Positions 28,870-40,976 of a stretch of DNA of 64,000 nt are shown here, in pieces. The translations under genes and the position numbers were made by a program. The stretch is from positions 5,758-69,757 of the forward strand of contig JAOTYD010000006.1 in assembly GCA_029862005.1 (NCBI GenBank), written 5' to 3'. The stretch comes from Gammaproteobacteria bacterium (GTDB lineage Bacteria > Pseudomonadota > Gammaproteobacteria > GCA-001735895). The notes beneath the pieces are model-generated. The model saw only the letters and a list, made by a program, of their open reading frames with translations. It was not told the DNA's origin and did no database searches. Position 1 is the stretch's first letter. Each line of letters starts with the position of its first letter.

Positions 28870-29655
28870 CTAGGTGTTGTTGTTGAGGTATTGCAGCATG
28901 CCATCGGCGGTCGCAATCAACTTCGAATTCATTTCATAGGCGCGCTGGGTTTCGATCATGGAAACCATCTCCTCGACAATATTGACATTCGATCCCTCCA
29001 GTGAACCCTGTCGCAATCTACCCAGTCCACTTTCTCCGGGTGTTCCCTCTTGTGGAGATCCACTGGACGCCGATTCAATATAGAGATTCTCGCCGATAGG
29101 TTGCAGGCCGGTCGGATTGATGAAATTGGCAATCTGGATGGTACCGATGTTGGTGGGTGAAGCCTGGGTCGGCAGCTGCACGCTGACGATGCCGTCAACA
29201 CCGATTGTTATCGTCTGGGTATCTTCAGGCAGGCTAATGCCAGGCTGCAAATCATAGCCGCTGGCGGTAACCAATTGCCCCTGGTCGGAGATCATGAAAG
29301 TGCCATCACGAGTGTAAGCCTGGGTGCCATCCGGCAGTAAAACCGAGAAAAAACCCTTACCATCGATGGCGACATCCAGCGATTTACCGGTATTTTCGAT
29401 ATTTCCCTGGGTATGGATCTTTTCGGTTGCGACCACCCGGCTACCCGTCCCCAGCATCAAACCCGAGGGTAAACGGGTGTCTTCGGAGGATTGTGCACCG
29501 ACCTGGCGCAAATTTTGATATAAAAGATCCTCGAATACTGCGCGCGTTTGCTTGAAACCGGTGGTGCTGACATTGGCAAGGTTGTTGGAAATCACCGAAA
29601 GGCGCATCTGCTGCGCATCGAGTCCGGTTTTTGCAACCCATAGGGCCTGGTTCAT
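28870..29655 (-). CDS. flgG: Distal rod protein FlgG
   Basis: A 261-aa protein with strong identity to E. coli FlgG throughout ([11 protein letters not shown]…NVSTTGFK…AVFEDLLYQ…). Confidence 0.95.
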   Translation of the reverse strand: MNQALWVAKTGLDAQQMRLSVISNNLANVSTTGFKQTRAVFEDLLYQNLRQVGAQSSEDTRLPSGLMLGTGSRVVATEKIHTQGNIENTGKSLDVAIDGKGFFSVLLPDGTQAYTRDGTFMISDQGQLVTASGYDLQPGISLPEDTQTITIGVDGIVSVQLPTQASPTNIGTIQIANFINPTGLQPIGENLYIESASSGSPQEGTPGESGLGRLRQGSLEGSNVNIVEEMVSMIETQRAYEMNSKLIATADGMLQYLNNNT

Positions 29656-29681
29656 GTTACGTCTCCATCGATTGGTTCTGC

Positions 29682-29697
29682 TGAAGAACTATGCAGT
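29682..29697 (-). promoter_or_regulatory. Sigma-54 promoter candidate immediately upstream of flgG
   Basis: On the minus strand the sequence reads TGGCATggtaaCTGCA, a perfect GG-N10-GC match. It lies about 27 nt upstream of the flgG ATG, in a 170-bp gap facing a divergent non-flagellar gene. Confidence 0.55.
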
Positions 29698-29824
29698 TAC
29701 CATGCCAACTCGTTTTTCAGTTGACCGGCAACTTGAATCAAGCGTCTACTTGACTGGCGTCACTTAAATCCTGCTTAAATTCTGTACCCTGATTTTTGAC
29801 CGAAATCCTAAGGGGGGTGGTATC

Positions 29825-30268
29825 ATGGCAAAGACAAAAAAAGCATCGGTAAAAAAGAAACCAGTCGCTAAAAAGGCTGCCGCGAAAAGCAAACGGCCTT
29901 CGATTAAAAAGTCAACTGCCCGCAAGGGCAGCGTAAAAAAGAGGAAAGCCCCGTCAAAAAGTAAAGTTGCCGCAAACACCCGCCAGGCTCTGCTCAAGAA
30001 ACTGCGGGCCGATTTAAAGGCGACCCGTACCAGTCTTAAAGGTGCGCGATCCGCCGCGAAGGCAGAACTCAAACTCGTCAAGGCGACGGCAAAGGCTGAA
30101 ATTGACGTCTTGAATGAAAATCTGAAGGCTGCATTAAAAAGGGAACAGGCGCTGTTAAAACTCGGGGAAAAGCGGGCAAAAATGATGCTCGCGGCCGGCC
30201 AGCGCTGGGAAAAACAGCAGGTCGCTAAAATCAAGAAACTAACAGCGAAAAAGATAAAGTCTAAATAA
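29825..30268 (+). CDS. Lysine/alanine-rich histone H1-like (AlgP/phasin-tail-like) basic protein
   Basis: A 147-aa protein that is extremely basic. KKxAAK-type repeats are followed by a coiled-coil C-terminus. Confidence 0.6.
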   Translation: MAKTKKASVKKKPVAKKAAAKSKRPSIKKSTARKGSVKKRKAPSKSKVAANTRQALLKKLRADLKATRTSLKGARSAAKAELKLVKATAKAEIDVLNENLKAALKREQALLKLGEKRAKMMLAAGQRWEKQQVAKIKKLTAKKIKSK

Positions 30269-30292
30269 CGTTAATCCCGGCATCTAGGATAA

Positions 30293-30718
30293 ATGAGCAT
30301 TAAAGTCGAAGAATTGATGACGAAATCGGTCATCACCGCCCAACCGCATCAAAGCGTCGAGCATGTCCGCCACATGCTTGAGAACAATTCGATCAGTGCC
30401 GTACCCGTGGTTGACAGCGACGGCCACCCGATCGGTATCGTGTCGTTAACCGACCTCGTCCATGAACTCAAGCCGGGTGCCCCGATCAGCCAGATTATGA
30501 CCGAAAAGGTGTATACGGTGCCGCAATATGACGATACCAGCATCGCCGCAAGAGTGATGCGCAATCACAAGATTCACCGGGTGGTGGTGACACACGAACA
30601 GAAAGTCGTCGGCATGTTGAGCGCTTTCGATTTACTCAAACTCGTGGAGAGCCACCGCTACGTGGCCAAAAATCCGCCGACACCGTCGTCGAGGCGCAAA
30701 GGTAGCAAACGCCGCTAG
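30293..30718 (+). CDS. CBS-pair domain protein
   Basis: A 141-aa protein with two CBS motifs (VITAQPHQSVEHV…; VYTVPQYDDTSIAARVMRNHKIHRVVV). Confidence 0.75.
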   Translation: MSIKVEELMTKSVITAQPHQSVEHVRHMLENNSISAVPVVDSDGHPIGIVSLTDLVHELKPGAPISQIMTEKVYTVPQYDDTSIAARVMRNHKIHRVVVTHEQKVVGMLSAFDLLKLVESHRYVAKNPPTPSSRRKGSKRR

Positions 30719-30805
30719 CGGTCAGCTAAAGGCGCAAGGTTAAGCTTCGTTATTTAATGACGCGGTGAGGCGACGATCTCGTTAAAGAGAGCAGACAAGC
30801 AGGGT

Positions 30806-31051
30806 TTAGATAGGCTCGAGCGGCGGATCCAGCAGGTTGAAAAGGCGTTCCATGTGTTCGATCGCTTCGCGCCCGCTATCGGTGAGTTGTCCTCCCTCGG
30901 CGGTGGTAATCAGGCCCTTTTCAAACATGCGTTCGGCCGCCGCGATCACTGCTGGGTCCGGGTTATCGTGCACATTCATCGCCACCGGCCCCCCCATACT
31001 GAAACGCCGGAGCAGGTTTAATTCATCGATAAGTTCGGGATCAATATGCAT
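30806..31051 (-). CDS. Small conserved hypothetical protein, TIGR02647-like and often found next to secF
   Basis: An 81-aa product. Position and size fit the family. The function is unknown. Confidence 0.45.
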   Translation of the reverse strand: MHIDPELIDELNLLRRFSMGGPVAMNVHDNPDPAVIAAAERMFEKGLITTAEGGQLTDSGREAIEHMERLFNLLDPPLEPI

Positions 31052-31066
31052 ATTCTTCCTCCTCCA

Positions 31067-32005
31067 TCAGGGCCTGGCCATATCCTCGCCTTCCTTATCC
31101 GGCAATAGCAGGTCGCCGCGGCTGATACCAAGCGCCAGCGCCGAGGTCGTGGCAACGTAGATCGAGGAATAGGTCCCGACCAGCACCCCGATGATCAGGG
31201 CCATGGCAAAGGCGTGTATCGCCTCGCCGCCCAGGAAGAACAGGGATAACAGCACCAGCAAGGTTGTAAACGAGGTCATCAAGGTGCGCGAAATGGTCTG
31301 GTTGATGGACGTGTTGACGATTTCGATCGAAGTCCGCTTACGAATCTTACGAAAATTCTCGCGCACCCGATCGAAAACGACGATCGTATCGTTGAGCGAA
31401 TATCCGATCACCGCTAGCAGTGCCGCCAGCACGCTCAGGTCAAAATCGAGCTGTAATACCGAGAAGATACCCAGGGTAATTAACACGTCGTGCACCAATG
31501 CAGCCACCGCGCCGAGCGAAAATCGATATTCGAAGCGCAGCGCGACATAGATCAAAATTGCGATTAGTGCGTAAAGCACTGCCAGTCCGCCGTCCTCAGT
31601 GAGTTCTTCACCGACCTGTGGCCCGACAAAATCGACTCGTCGCACGTCGATCGGGGTATCACTGGCGGCCTGCAGCAGACCGATGACCTGCGAGCTAATT
31701 TCGGCTTTATCCTTTGCCACATCGGGCACCAGTCGAATCAGGACTTCCTGTGCACTGCCAAAATGCTGCACGATCGCGTCGCCGAAGCCCCCGGTCTCGA
31801 GCGCATTGCGGATCGGCTCGAGTTCGACTGCCTGCTGGTAACCCACTTCGATAATACTGCCGCCCGTGAAATCGATGCCCACGTTTAACTTGAACGTAAA
31901 CAGGCTGATTATCGAAATCAGCAACAACGTGATCGAAACGATCATCGCTGGTTTGCGCAGAGACATGAAATCGAAATTGTTGAATAGTGTCTTGGCCATG
32001 ATCAA
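31067..32005 (-). CDS. secF: Protein translocase subunit SecF
   Basis: A 312-aa product belonging to the SecF family. Its start overlaps the secD stop. Confidence 0.93.
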   Translation of the reverse strand: MIMAKTLFNNFDFMSLRKPAMIVSITLLLISIISLFTFKLNVGIDFTGGSIIEVGYQQAVELEPIRNALETGGFGDAIVQHFGSAQEVLIRLVPDVAKDKAEISSQVIGLLQAASDTPIDVRRVDFVGPQVGEELTEDGGLAVLYALIAILIYVALRFEYRFSLGAVAALVHDVLITLGIFSVLQLDFDLSVLAALLAVIGYSLNDTIVVFDRVRENFRKIRKRTSIEIVNTSINQTISRTLMTSFTTLLVLLSLFFLGGEAIHAFAMALIIGVLVGTYSSIYVATTSALALGISRGDLLLPDKEGEDMARP

Positions 32006-33870
32006 ATCGCCAGCCGGGTGACCTGTTTACTACCGTAAATCAGGTTGATCAATGCACGCGTGCCGAAAATTGCGGTAAACATCGAAGATGCAATTCCGAT
32101 CATAAGCGTCACCGCAAATCCCTGGATCGGCCCGGTGCCGAAACCAAACAAAACTATCGCCGCGATAAAAGTCGTTATGTTGGCGTCGGCTATGGTCCCG
32201 AAAGCCTTCTCATAGCCAACGTAGATCGCAGCCTGGGGCGTATTACCCAGGCGGATCTCTTCTCGAATTCTTTCGAAAATCAATACGTTAGCATCAACCG
32301 CCATACCCACGGTCAGTACGATCCCGGCTATTCCGGGCAGCGTCAGAGTTGCCTGGAATATCGACAATATCGCCACCATCAATACCAGGTTAAGGCTCAG
32401 CGCGACATCGGCAACCAGCCCGAACACCTTGTAATACACGCCCATGAATATCAGTACCAACGTAAAGCCCACGACTACCGACAGGAACCCGCGATCAATA
32501 TTTTCCTGTCCCAGGCTCGGCCCTACCGTCCGTTCTTCGACGATTACCATGGGCGCCCGCAGTGCGCCGGCACGCAGCAGCAGCGCCAGGTCACGAGCTT
32601 CACGGGTACTGTCGAGCCCGGTGATATGGAAACGTTTACTGAGCTGGTCGCGGATCGTGGCAACATTGATAACCTGGGAATCAGTGGTCCTGAAGCGTTG
32701 TCTTTCACCGTCGACATCGCGGAATTCAAACTTATCCTCGATGAATACCACCGCCATGGGTTTACCGATATTGTCGCGCGTAACCTTGGCCATGCGATCG
32801 GCACCCTTGGCATTCATGGTGATCGTGACGTCCGGCGTACCGCTCTGCTGATCGATACCCGATGCCGCGCCGACTATCTGGTCCCCGGTGACGATGACGG
32901 AGCGTTTCAGCAATACCGGGGAACCATCGCTCTGGGTATAAAGCCGGGTTCCGATCGGGGCCTTGCCATTGGCCTGGGCTGCACTCCATTCGGCAAAACT
33001 GCCGTGCACGAGTCGAAATTCGAGGGTCGCGGTGGCGCCGAGGATTTCCTTGGCCCTGACGGTATCCTGTACTCCGGGTAGCTGGACCACGACACGTTCC
33101 GCGCCCTGCCGTTGTATTACCGGCTCGGCAACACCAAGCTCGTTAACCCGGTTCTTGAGGGTCGATATATTCTGCTCGATGGCAGCCCGCCTCTCCTCGT
33201 CGAGCGCGGTTGGGTTAAAACCGATGTCGATAAACCAGCTGCGGTCATCGTTGCTGTCGACAAAAACGAAGTCGCGATACTCGTCCTCCAGCAGCAATCG
33301 TGCCGCGTCACGATTTTCCTGGTCGGAAAAACGGACGCTTATTTTTTGCGGGCTGGCCTGTACCCCTTTGTAGCGTATCTTTTCTTCACGCATAAAGCTG
33401 CGCAGTTCGTCTCCCGCGCGTTGGAGTGATTTCTCGATCGCGGATTCCATGTCGACTTCCATCAGGAAATGCACGCCACCTCGCAAATCGAGCCCGAGGT
33501 ACATCGGTAACGCATTTAGCGCAGTGAGCCAGTCTGGTGTGGCGGGTGCCAGGTTGAGGGCGATACTATAGCGCCGATCACTGGCATAGAGTGCGTCACG
33601 CACTTGCGACGCTGCCCTGAGTTGTGCTTCCTCGGTGTCGAAGCGAACCAGGATATTGTTGCCATCAAGCTCGATCGATCGATAACCGATAGATTCAGAA
33701 TCAAGCAGGCTCTTGATATTGTTTAATTCACCTTTATCGACGAGGTTCACCCGGTGGCTAATCTGCAGCGCAGGGTCCTCACCGTAGAGATTGGGTGTGG
33801 CGTAGACGGCCCCAATCACAATAATCAGGATCAGGAGAATGTATCTCCATGGAGCATAACGATTGACCAT
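32002..33870 (-). CDS. secD: Protein translocase subunit SecD
   Basis: A 622-aa product with SecD family sequence and a large periplasmic domain. Confidence 0.93.
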   Translation of the reverse strand: MVNRYAPWRYILLILIIVIGAVYATPNLYGEDPALQISHRVNLVDKGELNNIKSLLDSESIGYRSIELDGNNILVRFDTEEAQLRAASQVRDALYASDRRYSIALNLAPATPDWLTALNALPMYLGLDLRGGVHFLMEVDMESAIEKSLQRAGDELRSFMREEKIRYKGVQASPQKISVRFSDQENRDAARLLLEDEYRDFVFVDSNDDRSWFIDIGFNPTALDEERRAAIEQNISTLKNRVNELGVAEPVIQRQGAERVVVQLPGVQDTVRAKEILGATATLEFRLVHGSFAEWSAAQANGKAPIGTRLYTQSDGSPVLLKRSVIVTGDQIVGAASGIDQQSGTPDVTITMNAKGADRMAKVTRDNIGKPMAVVFIEDKFEFRDVDGERQRFRTTDSQVINVATIRDQLSKRFHITGLDSTREARDLALLLRAGALRAPMVIVEERTVGPSLGQENIDRGFLSVVVGFTLVLIFMGVYYKVFGLVADVALSLNLVLMVAILSIFQATLTLPGIAGIVLTVGMAVDANVLIFERIREEIRLGNTPQAAIYVGYEKAFGTIADANITTFIAAIVLFGFGTGPIQGFAVTLMIGIASSMFTAIFGTRALINLIYGSKQVTRLAI

Positions 33871-33875
33871 CGTAA

Positions 33876-34205
33876 TTACAGGTTCTTGATCGTGCCCTTG
33901 GGCAATACCGAGGTGATCGCATGGCGCTGGACTTTGACCTCGACGTTATCCGAAATTTTACAGGTCAGAAAATTTTCGTCGACATCAGTAATCTTCGCTA
34001 AAAGCCCGCCATTGGTAATGACTTCGTCACCCTTACCGAGCGCCTCGACCATCGTCTTGTGCTCCTTGGCTTTTTTCTGCTGGGGACGTATTAACAGGAA
34101 GTAGAAAATACCGAACATCAGCAGTAACGGCAGAATCAATTCCAGCGCGCCTCCCGATTGCCCACCGGCACCTTGCGCCATCGCATCACTTATAAAGAAA
34201 CTCAT
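33876..34205 (-). CDS. yajC: Preprotein translocase subunit YajC
   Basis: A 109-aa protein matching the YajC family (FLLIRPQQKKAKEHK…KGDEV.T.GG..G.I). Confidence 0.9.
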   Translation of the reverse strand: MSFFISDAMAQGAGGQSGGALELILPLLLMFGIFYFLLIRPQQKKAKEHKTMVEALGKGDEVITNGGLLAKITDVDENFLTCKISDNVEVKVQRHAITSVLPKGTIKNL

Positions 34206-34314
34206 CTTTAGATCTACCTTTGGTTTGCTATCTTGTGGCCCGGGCCCTACCCGGAGCGGCGCGTATTATGGCACTAGCACGCATATCCCACAAGGCGGAA
34301 ACGGCAATTTGGGT

Positions 34315-36455
<2,141 letters not shown>

Positions 36456-36535
36456 GACCAGGGTGCCGAAAAACGGCGTATCATACCGCTTAGGCTACCA
36501 CTTGGATATGTTTTGAATTAGAATGCGCGCTCGCT

Positions 36536-36622
36536 GCCGGGGTGGCGGAACTGGTAGACGCGGCGGATTCAAAATCCGCTGGTGGTAACACCTTGGGGGT
36601 TCGAGTCCCCCCCCCGGTACCA
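36536..36622 (+). tRNA. tRNA-Leu(CAA)
   Basis: An 87-nt type II tRNA: GCCGGGGTGGCGGAAcTGGTAGACGC…anticodon loop cuCAAaa…long variable arm…GGGGGTTCGAGTCCCCC…CCCCGGT-A-CCA. Confidence 0.85.
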
Positions 36623-37421
36623 TAGCTATATCCACGATTCTTACGTATTGACGCCGTAGTCCATAACTCCCCTTTTTCTGCTTTAGTCCTTACAGGGACG
36701 GCTTGACCTGGCAATAAAAGTCTTATCAGAAAGAATATTCTGAACTGGACAGGGTGTTATATGGCTCTGCCGAGAATACAGCCAGAAATATATCAATCGG
36801 GTCATGATCGGTTCCTGCTGTTCTACCCTGGGAGTAGCGGAAGAAGGAATAGATGAGCGCCGTGCCGAATAGCCAGAGGGCTACCTGGATCGAGACGACG
36901 GAAACTAGATCAGCCTGTAAGATTGAATTAAACATGGGCCGGCTAGGTTATATCAAGCACTGATAAGTAACAGCGACATATTTCACAAATTATTAATTAC
37001 ATGAGGTTTACACCATAACCAATTGTAAATAATGATTTTTAGCGGGTGTACGAAGCCTGAGCCAAACTCGTGGCATTTAGCAAATATAAAAAGCGCCGCA
37101 CATTCGCGGGGCTTCTATTAATCTCCCGATAAAAGGCAGGATGCTTTTCCTCAAAGCGGGCGTTGCAAATGATTTTGGTGCGTCTGAGAACGGCCAACAG
37201 CAGACTCTCAATTTTTCAGGCATCTGCTATTCAACGCCATATAACAGACTCTCGATTATCGAATTGCTTTCTTGACAGAAAACTAATACCCGATTTCCGA
37301 CTTGTGCATACGTCCAAGGAAACGGTTCAGTATAGTCGGTTTTGTAGCTCACATTTTGAATTAACCTGCCGATAAAGAATCATGCAGGAGGCTCACATCG
37401 TGCTTTTGGTAGGGGAATATC

Positions 37422-38654
37422 ATGTCACTACAACAGGTTAAGATTCAAACAACAGATCTTCAAGAGGGAATGTACGTCACACAGTTGGATCGCCCATGGT
37501 TGGAAACTCCCTACAAAGTTCAGGGGTTTTTGGTTAAAAACCAAAAAGATATAGATAAACTGTTACAACACACTGAATATGTATTTATCGACACGGAACG
37601 AAGCCGGGAAAAACACAATGGATCAGCACAGCCTAGTCGATTACTGACTGAAGAAGAGAAAAAAGAATTTCTCATCGAAAGCAAACCGAGATATTACGAA
37701 GACAAGACCGATTTTAAAAAGGAATTGCCAGTTGCGCATGATAACCACGCGACTTTAAGTGCCACCGCTGAAAACGTCATGGCCGACATTGCCAATAACA
37801 AAAAACTCAACTTGCCGATTTTGAGAAAAGCGGTTAATCCAATGGTGGAAAGTGTGATTCGAAATCCTGAGGCTTTTTCGTGGCTTACCAGAATGAAATC
37901 AAAGGACGACTATACCTATAACCATTCTGTCAGCACTGCAATTTGGTCCGTGGCACTGGGCCGGCAACTTGGATTGCCGAAGCGTGATCTGCAATCTCTT
38001 GGTATGGGCGCATTATTATTCGACGTCGGAAAAATGAAGTTACCCGAAAAACTGATAAACAATCCCAATCGGTTCAACCAGGTAGAATTCAATTTGATAA
38101 AAAAACATGTTGAGTACAGCGTCGACATAGTCCAGTCGATCCCAGGTATCAACGATAACGTTGTTGAAATGGTCGTTACCCACCACGAACGCCATAATGG
38201 CGGGGGTTATCCCGGGGGCTTAAAAGGTAACAAGATTCCTCTATTTGGCAAGATAGCTGGCATCACCGATTGCTATGATGCTCTCACATCGGACCGTGTG
38301 TTTCAGTCCGCAACATCACCCCATGATGCCGTTAGAAAACTGTACGATTGGAGTAATATCGATTTTCAGGCTGAAATCGTTGAACAGTTTATTCAACTGG
38401 TGGGAGTGTATCCGGTTGGCACTATTGTTGAGCTCAGCGATGAGCGCATTGGGATAGTGGTAGCTAACCACCGAGCATTACGCTTGAGGCCCAAAGTAAT
38501 GCTCATTCTCGACAAAGACAAAGAACCATATCCCAAATTCAATGTGATCGACTTGCACTCCATTGAAACCGGAGAGGATGGAAACCCACTGAATATTCTG
38601 AAAAGTATTGATCCTGGTTTGTATGGGATTGATCCTCGAGAATTTTATCTGTAA
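37422..38654 (+). CDS. HD-GYP domain c-di-GMP phosphodiesterase with an N-terminal DUF3391-like region
   Basis: A 410-aa protein. HD (…LFDVGK…) and HHERHNGGGYPGG (GYP) motifs are present. Confidence 0.85.
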   Translation: MSLQQVKIQTTDLQEGMYVTQLDRPWLETPYKVQGFLVKNQKDIDKLLQHTEYVFIDTERSREKHNGSAQPSRLLTEEEKKEFLIESKPRYYEDKTDFKKELPVAHDNHATLSATAENVMADIANNKKLNLPILRKAVNPMVESVIRNPEAFSWLTRMKSKDDYTYNHSVSTAIWSVALGRQLGLPKRDLQSLGMGALLFDVGKMKLPEKLINNPNRFNQVEFNLIKKHVEYSVDIVQSIPGINDNVVEMVVTHHERHNGGGYPGGLKGNKIPLFGKIAGITDCYDALTSDRVFQSATSPHDAVRKLYDWSNIDFQAEIVEQFIQLVGVYPVGTIVELSDERIGIVVANHRALRLRPKVMLILDKDKEPYPKFNVIDLHSIETGEDGNPLNILKSIDPGLYGIDPREFYL

Positions 38655-38662
38655 TCAAGATA

Positions 38663-39967
38663 ATGCCTGAATTTCCCGACAATATTGGTGGCAGAGAGTC
38701 GCTAATTACACAACTGGATGGATTTGTCACAAATCACAAAGCCCAATCAAAGTGCTTTGCACTGTTACTGATCAATATTAAAAATTTTCGACGTTTCAAT
38801 ATGAAGTATGGGTATATGGTAGCGGACCTGGTACTTAGCGAATTTGCTGCCTGTTTGGCAGATTTAACGCGCTCTCAGGATTACGTTGCTCGAGTCGGAA
38901 ATGCCGAGTTCGCTTTGCTATTACCCGCGGTCTTAAATGAAGGCCACGCTAGTCTTGCTGCGATAAAAATTATTGAAAAGCTAAAAGAACCGTTAATGGT
39001 CGGAGAAGATGAGTTTCAGATTCGTGCCGATATTGGGATCGCCCTTTATCCCCAGCATGCTGATGATAGTCAAATGCTTTTCGGTAATGCGGAGTTGGCA
39101 TTGAATGATGCGGGCAATTGTTCAGAGTCCTACGCCATCTATTCGGACGAAGATAACACGATCACTACCTTTGACTGGGATATCGAAGCCGATTTACAAA
39201 AAGCAATTGAAAAAGATCAATTCGAACTTTTTTTCCAGCCCCAAGTATATTTGAGTAACGGGCAGCTTTATGGTGCCGAGGCACTAATACGTTGGAAAAA
39301 CGGGAGTAAAGGATTTATTCGACCCGACCTATTTATACCGGTGGCGGAAAAAAGCGGGCAAATTAACGAGATAACAAAGTGGACCTTGAATGCAGCGTTA
39401 TGGTTTCGTAAATCCTGGTCTAAGGAAATGGATTCGTTAAGTTTAGCGGTCAATATTTCGACAAATATGCTCAGCGACCCCGATTTTGCTGACATGGTAC
39501 GTGGAGCAGTTAGTATTTACGCGGTTGAGTACGAACAATTGACCTTAGAGATCACAGAAAGTGCGCTGGTTGAAGATATGTCTTCCAGTTTCGACACACT
39601 GAATGAACTGAAAGCACTAGGGATCAATATTTCAATAGACGATTTCGGAACAGGATATTCATCGATGGCATATTTCAAAAACATTCCAGCCGACGAATTG
39701 AAAATTGATCAAACATTCATTCGATACATGCTGGAAAACTCAATGGATCAGCATATCGTGCAGACAATTATTCAGATGGCCAAAGGATTTGATCTTACGG
39801 TTGTCGCGGAAGGCATAGAAGATCAGAAAACCTTTGATATGTTATGTGATCTGGAGTGCGACATCGCGCAGGGATATCATCTCGCGAAACCCATGCCGGG
39901 TGATAGTTTCATAGAGTGGATCGATTGCTATACCGCTAACAGGCAAACCGTCGGCAAGCTCAGCTAG
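38663..39967 (+). CDS. GGDEF(degenerate)-EAL domain protein, a likely c-di-GMP phosphodiesterase
   Basis: A 434-aa protein. The GGDEF site is degenerate (RVGNAEF). The EAL domain is intact (EALIRW…DDFGTGYSS…). It starts 8 nt after the HD-GYP stop. Confidence 0.85.
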   Translation: MPEFPDNIGGRESLITQLDGFVTNHKAQSKCFALLLINIKNFRRFNMKYGYMVADLVLSEFAACLADLTRSQDYVARVGNAEFALLLPAVLNEGHASLAAIKIIEKLKEPLMVGEDEFQIRADIGIALYPQHADDSQMLFGNAELALNDAGNCSESYAIYSDEDNTITTFDWDIEADLQKAIEKDQFELFFQPQVYLSNGQLYGAEALIRWKNGSKGFIRPDLFIPVAEKSGQINEITKWTLNAALWFRKSWSKEMDSLSLAVNISTNMLSDPDFADMVRGAVSIYAVEYEQLTLEITESALVEDMSSSFDTLNELKALGINISIDDFGTGYSSMAYFKNIPADELKIDQTFIRYMLENSMDQHIVQTIIQMAKGFDLTVVAEGIEDQKTFDMLCDLECDIAQGYHLAKPMPGDSFIEWIDCYTANRQTVGKLS

Positions 39968-40057
39968 GGATCGACACTGTTGAGACGATATCAACCAAGG
40001 TAGGTAAGTGTGCGATCCAGCTTTTGATCAGATAATTTTTTGAATCGAGGTTTTGCT

Positions 40058-40170
40058 TCGGGTCGGTTATTGTCGCTGATATATTGAGTCTGAGGGGCAG
40101 CTTTCTCCAAATCCGACGCTGAAATGTGTGGCCCGAGCTTCTGAGTTCGGCCACAAGCGGACCCTTGTCA
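40058..40170 (+). repeat. Intergenic repeat copy A of a degenerate ~110-bp family
   Basis: Shares the blocks GGTCGGTTATTGTCGCTGA…GGCAGCTTTCTC…GACGCTGAAA…CTTCTGAGTTCGGCCACAAGCGGAC with copies B, C and E. Confidence 0.6.
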
Positions 40171-40209
40171 CTTCGCATTATGGCTGAGGTATAATGGTTA
40201 CAAGTTTCA

Positions 40210-40647
40210 TTGTTTCTCGAGGATACTGCCATGAATTTTCTAAACCGAATTAATAATTCCAGCAAGTTTCTGGATGGGTATAAGGAATACAGCTACGCGT
40301 TGCTGCGGATCGTAACCGGCTACCTGTTTATATGGCATGGTACGCAAAAGCTACTGGATTTCCCCGCAGCATACCCTTGGGGAGAACCGGATCTGTTGAC
40401 GACGGTAGGCGGTGGTATCGAGATAATTGGTGGCGCACTAATATTGGTTGGCTTCTTTACTCGACCCGCCGCGTTTATCTGCAGTGGCCAAATGGCAGTC
40501 GCTTATTGGATGTTCCATGCGCCGCAGGCTAATCCAGTTTTTCCGATATTAAATGGTGGTGATTTGGCAATAATGTATTCGTTCGTTTTTCTATATATCG
40601 CATGCCGGGGTGCAGGCTGCTGGAGCATCGATTCAGCCCGTTCTTAG
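40210..40647 (+). CDS. DoxX family membrane protein
   Basis: A 145-aa product with four transmembrane helices and DoxX motifs (ALLRIVTGYLFIWHG). An alternative start is the ATG at 40231. Confidence 0.8.
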   Translation: MFLEDTAMNFLNRINNSSKFLDGYKEYSYALLRIVTGYLFIWHGTQKLLDFPAAYPWGEPDLLTTVGGGIEIIGGALILVGFFTRPAAFICSGQMAVAYWMFHAPQANPVFPILNGGDLAIMYSFVFLYIACRGAGCWSIDSARS

Positions 40648-40760
40648 GATACGGATTAGGTCCCAAAGCCTGAGCATCTGTTTTCTTGAAAGCAAACCCT
40701 CAAAAAGCTCAGGTGGGAGGCAATCTTCGGCCAGGAACCGACACTCGTTTGGATCGGTTA
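40648..40760 (+). repeat. Intergenic repeat copy D
   Basis: Reads …CTGTTTTCTTGAAAGC…CTCAAAAAGCTCAGG…CAATCTTCGGCCAGGAACCGACACTCG…GGATCGG. It aligns with copies E and F. Confidence 0.55.
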
Positions 40761-40886
40761 GGACATCCTGAACTGTCGGCATTCTTTACAGACCTCCGAA
40801 AGTTGTAAAAGTTTTTTACAATTATATGGTATGTGGAAATAGAATTTTTTATGGGAAGTTATAATAATCAACGACTTATATTTTTT

Positions 40887-40902
40887 TGGCACGATACATG
40901 CG
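40887..40902 (+). promoter_or_regulatory. Sigma-54 promoter candidate upstream of the PEP-CTERM gene
   Basis: The sequence reads TGGCACgatacATGCG, with a perfect -24 box and GC at -12. It lies about 75 nt upstream of the ATG. Confidence 0.55.
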
Positions 40903-40916
40903 TTTGTATAGTATTG

Positions 40917-40942
40917 TATAACGTTTGTAGCTAAACGTTATA
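40917..40942 (+). promoter_or_regulatory. Perfect 26-bp palindrome in the predicted leader of the PEP-CTERM gene
   Basis: The sequence reads TATAACGTTT-gtagct-AAACGTTATA. Four TTGTA direct repeats are phased around it. Confidence 0.5.
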
Positions 40943-40976
40943 TCTTGTAGAAAGCTAAAATTAAGAGATCTAATCC

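Noticed and set aside
29764-30234. A 156-aa minus-strand ORF.
   Set aside because: It is antisense to the lysine-rich histone-like gene. Its translation is the hydrophobic mirror of the poly-Lys/Ala codons.
36490-36714. A 74-aa minus-strand ORF.
   Set aside because: It overlaps the tRNA-Leu gene and is a translation artefact of the structured tRNA sequence.
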